Positions 10,373 to 18,935 of a DNA stretch of 64,000 bases are shown here, in pieces; within the stretch, counting starts at the first letter, position 1; each line of letters opens with the position of its first letter. A program made the translations under genes and the position numbers. The notes beneath the pieces were generated by a model, which saw only the letters and a list, made by a program, of their open reading frames with translations, ran no database searches and had not been told where the DNA came from. The stretch is from contig OY782041.1 in NCBI GenBank assembly GCA_963677595.1, positions 2,944,001 through 3,008,000 of the forward strand. The letters are read 5' to 3'. Source of the stretch: Spirochaetia bacterium (GTDB lineage: Bacteria; Spirochaetota; Spirochaetia; CAKZLE01).

Positions 10373-11581
10373 ATGGATAGATATATCGTCTTATTGGACG
10401 GCCCGCTCGAAGCTAGGAACCGGCAGTTCGCCAAGGAGCTGATACGGCTCCTCTCCGGGGAAGCGACAGCCAAGGCTGTTCCGTTCTCTGAACTTCCGGC
10501 TGTGCTGGACATGGCTGCATGTGCTGACTGCCGCTACTCAGTCGTCTACGGGGACGGGGTCTTCTCCCATGAGGAGCTCTTCGGCCTGGCTGACTTCCGG
10601 GTCTTCATCGAGAGCAGCCAGCTCGATATCACGGCGGCAGAGCTGAAGGGGAGGAAGGCTTCACGGAACCTGCAGTCAGGTTCCCTCAATGCCGACATCG
10701 CGGAGATCGTGAAGGGCGATGAGGGCGGCAGTCACGGCAGTAGTGACCGGAAGGGCCAGGCCCATACGACCATCGGTCCTGATGAGATGCCTCAGGAGGC
10801 AGTCGTAGGTCTGTACCGGTACATCCTCAGGACGGACCCGGCCCTTGCCGGCAAGCGGGTTGCTGAGGAAGAACGGAAGAAGCGCATCAATGAGATGGCA
10901 AAGCGACTCGAGTCCTCCCAGCGGGGGGCACGGCTGAAGGCCCGGGTGAAGCGGGCTCTCTGGATGGCCCTCATCAAGGCGACCCTGCTCTTCAAGCGGA
11001 TCCTGGACTTCGCTGCCGCCTTCACCATCCTGCTGATCCTCTCACCCCTCCTCCTTACCGTTGCGCTGATCATCAAGGCGACCGACCGGGGGCCGGTCTT
11101 CTATACACAGACCCGTATCGGCCGGCACGGGAAGCCCTTCCCGTTCCCCAAGTTCCGGTCCATGGTGCTCGATGCCGACAAGATGAAGGATAACCTGCTC
11201 AAGGATGCCGACCGGGTCGGGGATGTGACCTTCAAGATGAAGCATGACCCCCGTGTGACGAGGATCGGCAGGTTCATCCGCCGTTTCTCCATCGATGAGA
11301 TGCCCCAGCTCTGGTGTGTCCTCAAGGGTCAGATGTCCCTCGTGGGACCACGACCGCCTGTCCCGAGGGAGGTTGCCCTCTATACCCAGGAGGACCGCAG
11401 GCGCCTCGAGGTGACTCCCGGGCTGACCGGGATCTGGCAGGTGAGCGGACGTGCCGATATCGAGTTCAAGCGGCAAGTCGAGCTGGATGTGCTCTACATC
11501 GAGAGCCACGGGTTCTGGCTCGATATCCTGCTGCTGTTCAAGACCATCCCTGCAGTCCTCACCGGACGGGGGGCGTACTGA
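10373..11581 (+). CDS. Priming polyprenyl-phosphate sugar-phosphate transferase with ~200-aa N-terminal extension
   Basis: KRILD, KFRSM, DPRVT, IDEMPQL, MSLVGPRP and PGLTGIWQV motifs. Confidence 0.93.
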   Translation: MDRYIVLLDGPLEARNRQFAKELIRLLSGEATAKAVPFSELPAVLDMAACADCRYSVVYGDGVFSHEELFGLADFRVFIESSQLDITAAELKGRKASRNLQSGSLNADIAEIVKGDEGGSHGSSDRKGQAHTTIGPDEMPQEAVVGLYRYILRTDPALAGKRVAEEERKKRINEMAKRLESSQRGARLKARVKRALWMALIKATLLFKRILDFAAAFTILLILSPLLLTVALIIKATDRGPVFYTQTRIGRHGKPFPFPKFRSMVLDADKMKDNLLKDADRVGDVTFKMKHDPRVTRIGRFIRRFSIDEMPQLWCVLKGQMSLVGPRPPVPREVALYTQEDRRRLEVTPGLTGIWQVSGRADIEFKRQVELDVLYIESHGFWLDILLLFKTIPAVLTGRGAY

Positions 11582-12348
11582 TGGAGAGGAAACCTCTTAC
11601 CCTGGCAGGCATCCGGATCGACAACCTCATGATGGACGAGGCCCTCGATATGATATTCTCGGTCGTGGGTTCCGGCGGACCCTGCCGGGAGCTCCACTTC
11701 GTGAATGCCCACTGCATCAATGTCGCCTATACCGATGATGCGTACCGGCTGTTGTTGCAGGGAGCCGCTGCGGTCTTCGCCGACGGGTCGGGGATCAGGA
11801 AGGCCGGCGAGATGCTTGGGACTCCGATCGTGGACAACGTCAACGGGACTGACATGTTCCCGCTGCTCTGCAGGCGGTGCCTGGCAGAAGGGAAGCAGCT
11901 CTACCTCCTCGGTGCCGAACCCGGGATCGCCGAGCGTACGGCTGGCTGGGTCGAGGAGCATATCGGGGGCGGGGTCGTTGCCGGCTGCCATGACGGCTTC
12001 TTCACCGAAGAACAGGCTCCCGGGGTGATCGCCGGGATCAACGACTCAGGGGCCTCGATCCTGCTCGCGGCCATGGGGGTCCCGAGACAGGAGCTGTGGA
12101 TCCATGAGCACCTGCAGCAGCTGCAGTGTCCGGCTGCTATTGGCGTCGGCGGGCTCTTCGACTTCTTCTCCGGGAAGATCAGGCGGGCGCCGCTGTTCAT
12201 GCGGAAGCTCGGGATCGAGTGGGTCTGGCGCCTGCTCATGGAGCCTCGCCGGATGTGGAGGAGGTATGTCATTGGGAACTTCGTGTTCCTCAGGCGCATG
12301 AAGCGATTGATGAAGGCAGGGGGAGAGCCTGCCGGAGGGAGAGATTAA
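11581..12348 (+). CDS. WecB/TagA/CpsF (GT26) glycosyltransferase
   Basis: FVNAH, DGSG, NGTD, GVPRQE, GVGGLFDF and EWVWRL..EPRR motifs; start ATG 11581. Confidence 0.93.
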   Translation: MERKPLTLAGIRIDNLMMDEALDMIFSVVGSGGPCRELHFVNAHCINVAYTDDAYRLLLQGAAAVFADGSGIRKAGEMLGTPIVDNVNGTDMFPLLCRRCLAEGKQLYLLGAEPGIAERTAGWVEEHIGGGVVAGCHDGFFTEEQAPGVIAGINDSGASILLAAMGVPRQELWIHEHLQQLQCPAAIGVGGLFDFFSGKIRRAPLFMRKLGIEWVWRLLMEPRRMWRRYVIGNFVFLRRMKRLMKAGGEPAGGRD

Positions 12349-13767
12349 GTGAGAGCTATATGTGACTTTACCCGGATCCCGTCGCTGACCGAGGCAGGAG
12401 AATCGTTCAGGGTCCCGTCCTGCTTCCTGCCGATCATGGGGAAACGGTTCATCCAGCACGTCATCGAGTACATCGAGCGTCTCGGCTGCAGTACCCTCGA
12501 GATCTTCATCTCCTCCTATGCCGATGAGATCGAGCAGTTCGTCGGGGACGGGGAGCGCTGGGGCACGACCGTCTCCTACCACCTGCTGAAGCGGGATGAG
12601 TCTGTCTCTGCGCGGGTCGCCCTGCTCGAAAAGCGGTGGGATGAGCAGGAGTACCTCTTCTGCAATGTCGAGCACCTTCCGGTCATCGAGGCAGAGGACC
12701 TGCAGGCTCCCTGTTCCATCACTGCTGCAGCGTCACAGGGCGGCTATGATACCGGCTGGTTCTACGGGACCCTCGCTGCCTTCACCGACCGGGACGAGGC
12801 AGCGGTCATCCCTGCCGAGACCTACAGTATATCGAGTGGGGAAGTCTACCTGGAGAGCCTGAGGAAGGCCCTGCTCGAGGGAGGCCGCGGGCTGATCTTC
12901 ATGGGGAAGCAGGCCAGGGAAGGGATCTGGCTCGGGCCGGGTACTAATGTCCACTCGAGTGCCACCCTCATCCCGCCGGTCTATATAGGCGGCAAGGTCA
13001 GTATCGGCTCTGATGCGATCGTGGGGCCGCATGTCGAACTCGGCACGGGAGCGGTCATCGATACCGACAGCTATATCACCGACTCATCGATCCTGTCGGG
13101 AAGCTACATCGGCAAGAACCTCGATATCCGCAAGTCGGTGGTCAACCAGAACCAGATCCTCAGGGCAGACCTGAAGAGTATCTACACCGCTGCAGACCAG
13201 ATCCTGCTCTCCCCGGTGGAGTTCACCGAGACGGTGAAGAGGCGGGTCTCCGTCCCGCTCCTCTCACGGTTGTTCGCCGTACTGCTTATGATCGTGACGC
13301 TGCCGCTGTATCTCATCTCCCTTATCGCAGCGGGGAGGGGGAAGACGATCACCATCGTTCCCATTCCCCAGCAGGTCGGTGCTGACTCCCTCTCCGGGCC
13401 TGCGACCCGGAAGATGCGGGTCCTCAAGGAACGGCAGGAGACCAACGGTCCGCTCTACAGGCATCTGGTCTGGCGGCTGATCCCCGGGCTGTGGAGGGTC
13501 GCGGCGGGACAGCTTCGTTTCGTCGGCATCCCATTCAAGACGGTCGAGGAGGTCGACCACCTCGACCGGGACTGGAAGGGAGTCTATCTCCAGTCGAATC
13601 CCGGCCTCATCTCAGAGGCTGATGTGCTCTACCGCGAATACCCTGATGAGTATATGCTCTTCGCCTCGGAGATGCTCTATCGTGTCAATGAGTCATGGAA
13701 GTACAACCTGAAGCTATCTTTCAGGTACCTCAGGGCGCTCTTCCGGGGCCAGGAGGACTCCCGGTAG
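12349..13767 (+). CDS. Degenerate NDP-sugar pyrophosphorylase-like + hexapeptide-repeat + degenerate sugar-transferase domain protein
   Basis: LPIMGK..IQHVIE and GDGERWG segments; left-handed beta-helix repeats (PPVYIGGKVSIG...); C-terminus resembles an eroded Bac_transf domain (LRFVG, PGLIS). Confidence 0.7.
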   Translation: MRAICDFTRIPSLTEAGESFRVPSCFLPIMGKRFIQHVIEYIERLGCSTLEIFISSYADEIEQFVGDGERWGTTVSYHLLKRDESVSARVALLEKRWDEQEYLFCNVEHLPVIEAEDLQAPCSITAAASQGGYDTGWFYGTLAAFTDRDEAAVIPAETYSISSGEVYLESLRKALLEGGRGLIFMGKQAREGIWLGPGTNVHSSATLIPPVYIGGKVSIGSDAIVGPHVELGTGAVIDTDSYITDSSILSGSYIGKNLDIRKSVVNQNQILRADLKSIYTAADQILLSPVEFTETVKRRVSVPLLSRLFAVLLMIVTLPLYLISLIAAGRGKTITIVPIPQQVGADSLSGPATRKMRVLKERQETNGPLYRHLVWRLIPGLWRVAAGQLRFVGIPFKTVEEVDHLDRDWKGVYLQSNPGLISEADVLYREYPDEYMLFASEMLYRVNESWKYNLKLSFRYLRALFRGQEDSR

Positions 13768-13776
13768 CAGCCTTGT

Positions 13777-14859
13777 TCAGTTATAGTGGTTCCAGAGCCC
13801 GACGAACCGGTTGGCTCGTTCCCTCCACGCAGCATCCTCAACTGAGGGGCTGTCGAGCAGGGAGGCAAGCTCCCGGTAGAGTCCCTCCCTCGGGTACCGC
13901 AGGGAGAGGACTCCCCGCTTCACATTCTTCACCAGGTTCCTTACCAGCTTCTTTCCCCGGTGCTGCAGCTCCTCCCGGATGAATCGGTCACGGGAGTACG
14001 CAGCCGCGTCCTTCCAGTCTCTGCCGGTCCTCTCCTGTTCGCAGTGGAGGAGCGCAGCACAGAAGAGCCCCGCGGCCTCGATGAGTAGGGGCAGCTCCGG
14101 CGGGGCTTCGGGCAGTGAACCAGGGTTGGACTTGAACTCGATGGCTGCCCCGTAGAGCTCCGCAAGCTGTCCAGACGGGAGGTCGGTCTCACTGATGCAT
14201 TCCTTCAGGACCTCCGCCCGCTCAGCCATCGGTCGCGGGTAGGCCCCGTGCGTGATCAGGAGACTGTCCCCCAGGGCGAGGAGGCACTTCTGGAGGTTCC
14301 TCCTGATAAAGTCCCCATCGGGGAGGATGAAGTGCTCATCCGCCATGCTGCGGTACTGAGCGGTGATAGCCTGCAGGAGGCCTGAGCCGCGGTTGAGCAG
14401 CAGCCTGAGGGCCTCGATCTTCGGGAGGGGGTCCATCATGCCGGGAGGCATGTTGTCCGTGAGGACCGACTGGTCCCCCGATACCACCTGGTACCCGTTG
14501 AAGAGGTCCTGCCACATCAGTTCATGGGGCAGGGAGCGTAATCCCCCCGGTGTCAGGGGACGGCCGATGTCCACATCGATACCCAGGATATGTTCATACT
14601 TCTCCGAGACTCCCAGCACCGCCTCAGGCACTGGTCCCGGTGTCTGGAGGATGATGAAGAGATCAAGGTCATTGTAGGGGGCCTCAGCCCCGTCTTTCTG
14701 AACACAGGCTCCTTCCCCGCGCCCATACCCGCCTCCGAGGACCAGGGCGACGAAGGGGGCCCCGGCAGCCTCGGCTACGTCACGGCCGAGTGCCGTGATC
14801 GAGGTGTGGAGCTGGTCGTTGAATGCCTGCGTACCCCGCTGACTATACCGTTTACTCAT
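13777..14859 (-). CDS. Pol-beta-superfamily nucleotidyltransferase-domain protein
   Basis: LGGGYGRGEG...YNDLDL motif, a later VDI acidic strand, and a helical C-terminal part. Confidence 0.7.
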   Translation of the reverse strand: MSKRYSQRGTQAFNDQLHTSITALGRDVAEAAGAPFVALVLGGGYGRGEGACVQKDGAEAPYNDLDLFIILQTPGPVPEAVLGVSEKYEHILGIDVDIGRPLTPGGLRSLPHELMWQDLFNGYQVVSGDQSVLTDNMPPGMMDPLPKIEALRLLLNRGSGLLQAITAQYRSMADEHFILPDGDFIRRNLQKCLLALGDSLLITHGAYPRPMAERAEVLKECISETDLPSGQLAELYGAAIEFKSNPGSLPEAPPELPLLIEAAGLFCAALLHCEQERTGRDWKDAAAYSRDRFIREELQHRGKKLVRNLVKNVKRGVLSLRYPREGLYRELASLLDSPSVEDAAWRERANRFVGLWNHYN

Positions 14860-15715
14860 GCAGTCCCTCCTGGAAGCCCTTCCTCCTGCCGATCATCTGG
14901 TTGAAGCGGAGGGCCGGCGAGTGGAAGAACGCCTGGGCTGAACGGTGCTTGAGCGCATAGCCCCAGTCACTCTTCACCTGTCTGAGGCAGGGGAGGAGTG
15001 AGTACCGGAGCCAGGAGCGTTCCCAGCCGCTCCAGCTGAAGATCTGCGCATCCGCCTTTCCTTCCCCATAGTGCCGCTTGCGGAACTGCTTCAGGCTGTA
15101 GTTGTGCGAGTGGTAGACGGCAGAATCCCTCACATACGCGATGCCCCAGCCCCGCTGTCGTGCCCGCCATGTCCAGTCGATGTCCTCCGAATACTGGATA
15201 TCCTCCCGGAAGGGACTCTCCTCCCAGCAGGAACGTCGGATCGCAGATGAGGCCATCGAGAAGCAGTGCTTCCAGTACTGCTGCCTCGACCCGTCACCAT
15301 AGGTGTCCTCGGTGTCCTTGGCGAAGAGGGGGAGGCAGTCAGGGCGGGGCAGCTGGCGTCCGAAGACCGCTGCGGTCTTGGGATCGGAGAACCCTCCAAG
15401 GAGGTTCTCCAGCCAGTGTTCATCAGCCGGGGTGCAGTCGGAGTTCAGGAAGACGATGAACTCAGCGGCAGGGTCCGCTGCCTCGACTGCCCGGTTCAGC
15501 ACCTTCCCGGGGACGTAGGTCCCTGCCGGTACCCGGTAGACCTCGTCGGTATACTGGGAAAGGAGCTCCCGTGTGCCGTCAGTCGAATCGTTGTCGAAGG
15601 CAATGAGTGTGAAGGGGGTTGTCTGCTTTGAGACCATCCCGAGCGTCTCCCTGATCAAGGGCAGGTCGTTATGGGAACGCATCACAACCGGTACAGGTTT
15701 GGTCATGGATTCCAT
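14852..15715 (-). CDS. Glycosyltransferase family 2 (rhamnosyltransferase-like)
   Basis: DNDSTDGT, FLNSD, SEDIDW and YHSH motifs. Confidence 0.9.
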   Translation of the reverse strand: MESMTKPVPVVMRSHNDLPLIRETLGMVSKQTTPFTLIAFDNDSTDGTRELLSQYTDEVYRVPAGTYVPGKVLNRAVEAADPAAEFIVFLNSDCTPADEHWLENLLGGFSDPKTAAVFGRQLPRPDCLPLFAKDTEDTYGDGSRQQYWKHCFSMASSAIRRSCWEESPFREDIQYSEDIDWTWRARQRGWGIAYVRDSAVYHSHNYSLKQFRKRHYGEGKADAQIFSWSGWERSWLRYSLLPCLRQVKSDWGYALKHRSAQAFFHSPALRFNQMIGRRKGFQEGLHE

Positions 15716-16887
15716 CGGTCGATCTCCTCCCGCATCAGGGTATAGAGGCTGTCGAGCCGCGGGGGGTATGCGTCAAGTTCTACGTTCGTCATGAACGAGG
15801 CGGTGGAGTCGGGGTCACCTGGCTCATAGCCGTGCATCCCCGCAAGGGGGCGCTCTCCCATATGGCTCGGCACGAGCAGGATGCCCGGGTTGAGGAGGAA
15901 GAAGAGGTCCCCATACCGCTTGTCGCGGAAATCGGCACCCCAGAGGGTGAGTTCCTCATCAGTGAGGATCCTCCCGCCCTCTGCCGTCTCGAGGGCCCTT
16001 CGGATCGGTGCTTCTGACTGCTCATCGATGAACCAGAACCGCGCCATGGTGGAGTCATAGACAGCAGCGTAATCGGTGCCGAACTTCAGGCCGGTCGCCT
16101 CTATGACGGGGATCAGGTCGCAGGTCCCGGTGATGTTGGTCATGCCGTGGTCGGAGAAGAGGAAGATGCGTACCTCTTCATACTCCTCTTCTGCTGCACT
16201 GATGAGTTCCCGGAGTCGTGCGTCATACCAGCGCATCTTGGCAGAGACCTCGGGATGGGGTTTCCCGTACTGGTGGAGGGTCGCATCCATGGCTGCCATA
16301 TAGAGGTAGGCGAAGGTGCAGTCCCGTTCCGGGGAGGTGATCGCCTCCTTCAGTGCGGCAAGGTTGGTCTCCTCCGAGGCCCTCCAGTCGGAGAGGAAGA
16401 AGTCGATCCCCTTCTCCCTGGCATAATCCATGATGGTAGGGCTTCCGCTGTTGATCCCGTCCGGCTGGTAGAGGTCGCGCTTCTCGGTATAGTCGAAGAG
16501 GGGCAGGAGCCTGAAGGGCATGTTGTAGATGTTGAAGTAGCCTGAGTAGGCCAGCTGCCGTCTGAGGACCCTGCTTACCACGTTGCGGACCCGGTGCCTG
16601 CTCGCGAGTACCTTCGGTACAAGCCGCATGAGCAGGAGAAACAGGTTTCTCCTGAAGGGTGATCGTTCAGGGTCATAGGCGAAGAAGGAGAAGTGCCCGT
16701 GGTCGCGGGGCAGCAGCCCGGTGAGGATGGTGGGGTCGCAGGTGGCACTGTAACCGAAGATCGTCTCGATCGGCTCCCGGCAGGGGAGCAGGTCCGGGAG
16801 GAACTCCTCGGTCTTTAGCAGCTCCCAGCCGAGGGCATCGATGAATACCGCGATGCTGATGCCGGCTTTCTTGTTTCCTTTGGCCAT
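15703..16887 (-). CDS. Alkaline phosphatase superfamily protein (nucleotide pyrophosphatase/phosphodiesterase-like)
   Basis: FIDALG, DATLH, SDHG and GMHGY metal-ligand motifs; AGGAG RBS before ATG 16887; no signal peptide seen. Confidence 0.85.
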   Translation of the reverse strand: MAKGNKKAGISIAVFIDALGWELLKTEEFLPDLLPCREPIETIFGYSATCDPTILTGLLPRDHGHFSFFAYDPERSPFRRNLFLLLMRLVPKVLASRHRVRNVVSRVLRRQLAYSGYFNIYNMPFRLLPLFDYTEKRDLYQPDGINSGSPTIMDYAREKGIDFFLSDWRASEETNLAALKEAITSPERDCTFAYLYMAAMDATLHQYGKPHPEVSAKMRWYDARLRELISAAEEEYEEVRIFLFSDHGMTNITGTCDLIPVIEATGLKFGTDYAAVYDSTMARFWFIDEQSEAPIRRALETAEGGRILTDEELTLWGADFRDKRYGDLFFLLNPGILLVPSHMGERPLAGMHGYEPGDPDSTASFMTNVELDAYPPRLDSLYTLMREEIDRWNP

Positions 16888-16932
16888 AGAGTCTCTCCTG
16901 GATTGCTGGTCGGTCAGGGAGGTCACCTTTCC

Positions 16933-17262
16933 CTAATCGAGTGAGTCGAGTGCCTCATCCCGTGTGCCGTATATATCGAGGATCTGGTGGAGCCTGACCA
17001 TCTCGAAGAGGATCCGCACCGGCTTGTTGATGCCGCAGAGCTTCAGGTCCCCTCCGTTCTTCTGCAGGCGCTTGATGCAGAAGAGGAAGGCACCGAGGCC
17101 GGAACTGTCGATGAAGGTCAGGCTGCTCAGATCCAGGACGATATGCCGGCCCTTGTCGAGATAGGGCTCTATATCGGCCTTGAACTGCTTCACGTTATTG
17201 ACGTTGAGGGTCGTCAGGCTCAGCTCTATGATGATCGCCCGGGGGTCTTCGATGACTTGCAT
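16933..17262 (-). CDS. STAS-domain anti-sigma-factor antagonist
   Basis: LDLSSLTFIDSSGLG with the phosphorylatable Ser; ~110 aa. Confidence 0.93.
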   Translation of the reverse strand: MQVIEDPRAIIIELSLTTLNVNNVKQFKADIEPYLDKGRHIVLDLSSLTFIDSSGLGAFLFCIKRLQKNGGDLKLCGINKPVRILFEMVRLHQILDIYGTRDEALDSLD

Positions 17263-17442
17263 GGTACTCTCTCCTCTGCTCTGATGTGACAAATAGTATA
17301 TACCTCAGTATAGCAGGAGATTCCCATCTCTTCTACTGTTCTTTTACGACGGCATACGATTATCGCAGGCCGGCAGGGAAGAAATATTCGTGACATCTCC
17401 TGTGGTTATCCTGTATAGTGAATACGAGGAATCAGATCATAT

Positions 17443-18816
17443 ATGAAATACATACTGTTTGTCACAGCCCTCGTCGCAGGGGTACCGGGTATGGCAGCCC
17501 TGTCTGCACTCTCTGTGAAGATGAAGCACCTGCTCTTTACCCTGCTCATCTTCTCGTTCATGCTGGGGTCGCGCCTGAGTATCAACCTCGTCTCGATGGA
17601 ACACTACCGGGGGCCGGTGCGGGGCTTCGAGATCACGTTATCGGATCTCATCACCCTTGGGCTTGTCATAGGCATGCTGCTGCGCAGCGGCAGCCGGGTC
17701 GTCTTCCTCCCGAGGTTCTTCTGGCCCTTTCTCGCGTTCTTCCTCGTGGCTGTCGCGAATGTCGCCCTCTCGGAGTATACCCTCTACGGCTGGTTCGTCA
17801 TCTGGCAGCTCTTCCGGATGGGCCTCCTCTACTGGATGATATACAACTTCTTCGTCACCGATGAGTACAGTCCCGAGTCGATCCGTGCCCTCATGAACGG
17901 GTTCATCCTCACCGGTCTGCTCCTGCTTGCGATCACCTTCAAGCAGAAGTATGTCGACGGGATCTACCGGGCCATGGCGTTCTTCGACCACTCGAACACG
18001 ATACCATCGTTCGCTCTCCTCTATCTCTGCCTGCTGATCGTCTGGGGCCTGTATGAGCAGCGGCTGGGACTCATGACGGTCCTCATCGCCCTCGCAGCCG
18101 CCCTTGGGACGACCTTTGCCATCCTGGCTACCGGTTCCCGTACGGGGATGGTCACTGCCGCCGGTGCGTATGCGGCGGCGATCGGGCTCGCGAACCTCTT
18201 CAGGAGTTCGAGAGGGAGACCGAGGGGAGTGACCCTCAGGACGCGGGTAGCCTCGGTGATCATCATCCTCGGCATGCTTGCCGGGTTCCTCATGGTCCTC
18301 GATACCGTCATCGACCGGTTCCTCAATGCACCGGCCTCGAGTGAGGAGGCAAGGGAGGAGTTCGAGATCTCGGCCGTGATGATGGCAGACGACTATCGCT
18401 TCGGGGTCGGGCTCAACCAGTTCTCACAGGTGCTGACAGAAGAGTCTGCCTACCGTGAGCACTTCGTTGCCATGGGGAACGAGGAGGAGGGCGGGGTGGC
18501 CCACCATATCTACCTGCTCACGGCAGCCGAGATGGGCTGGCCGGGGATGTACCTCTTCATCGGGCTCATCGCCCTCCTGGTCCTGTCTATGGTGTGGAAC
18601 GGGATCAGGATGCGTACGACCGATGAGCGGCTGCTGCTGGCGGCAGCAGTGGGGGTGTGCATCCTGCTGCTCATCGGGTTCTATGAATGGGTACTGCGGC
18701 AGACGCCGGTCCTCTGTGAGTTCGTGACGCTGATCGCGTTCGGGCAGGCGATGGTCAGTAAGGTCAAGCGGGACCGGAAGGCCAGGATCCGGGCAGGCAG
18801 GGAGCAGAAGGGATGA
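17443..18816 (+). CDS. O-antigen ligase/Wzy polymerase-family membrane protein
   Basis: Multiple TM helices; TGSRTG, GVGLNQF and AHHIYL..AAEMG motifs. Confidence 0.85.
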   Translation: MKYILFVTALVAGVPGMAALSALSVKMKHLLFTLLIFSFMLGSRLSINLVSMEHYRGPVRGFEITLSDLITLGLVIGMLLRSGSRVVFLPRFFWPFLAFFLVAVANVALSEYTLYGWFVIWQLFRMGLLYWMIYNFFVTDEYSPESIRALMNGFILTGLLLLAITFKQKYVDGIYRAMAFFDHSNTIPSFALLYLCLLIVWGLYEQRLGLMTVLIALAAALGTTFAILATGSRTGMVTAAGAYAAAIGLANLFRSSRGRPRGVTLRTRVASVIIILGMLAGFLMVLDTVIDRFLNAPASSEEAREEFEISAVMMADDYRFGVGLNQFSQVLTEESAYREHFVAMGNEEEGGVAHHIYLLTAAEMGWPGMYLFIGLIALLVLSMVWNGIRMRTTDERLLLAAAVGVCILLLIGFYEWVLRQTPVLCEFVTLIAFGQAMVSKVKRDRKARIRAGREQKG

Positions 18817-18935
18817 AACCCTTCCCTGCAGCCGTTCTTTGGGGTATGATAGAGGGAACAGCCGTAGGTCCCTTAGGGGGCCAGGCGGATGAAAAGTGAA
18901 GAACGATCAGATCTTTGTATGAGGGTGCGTAGATT

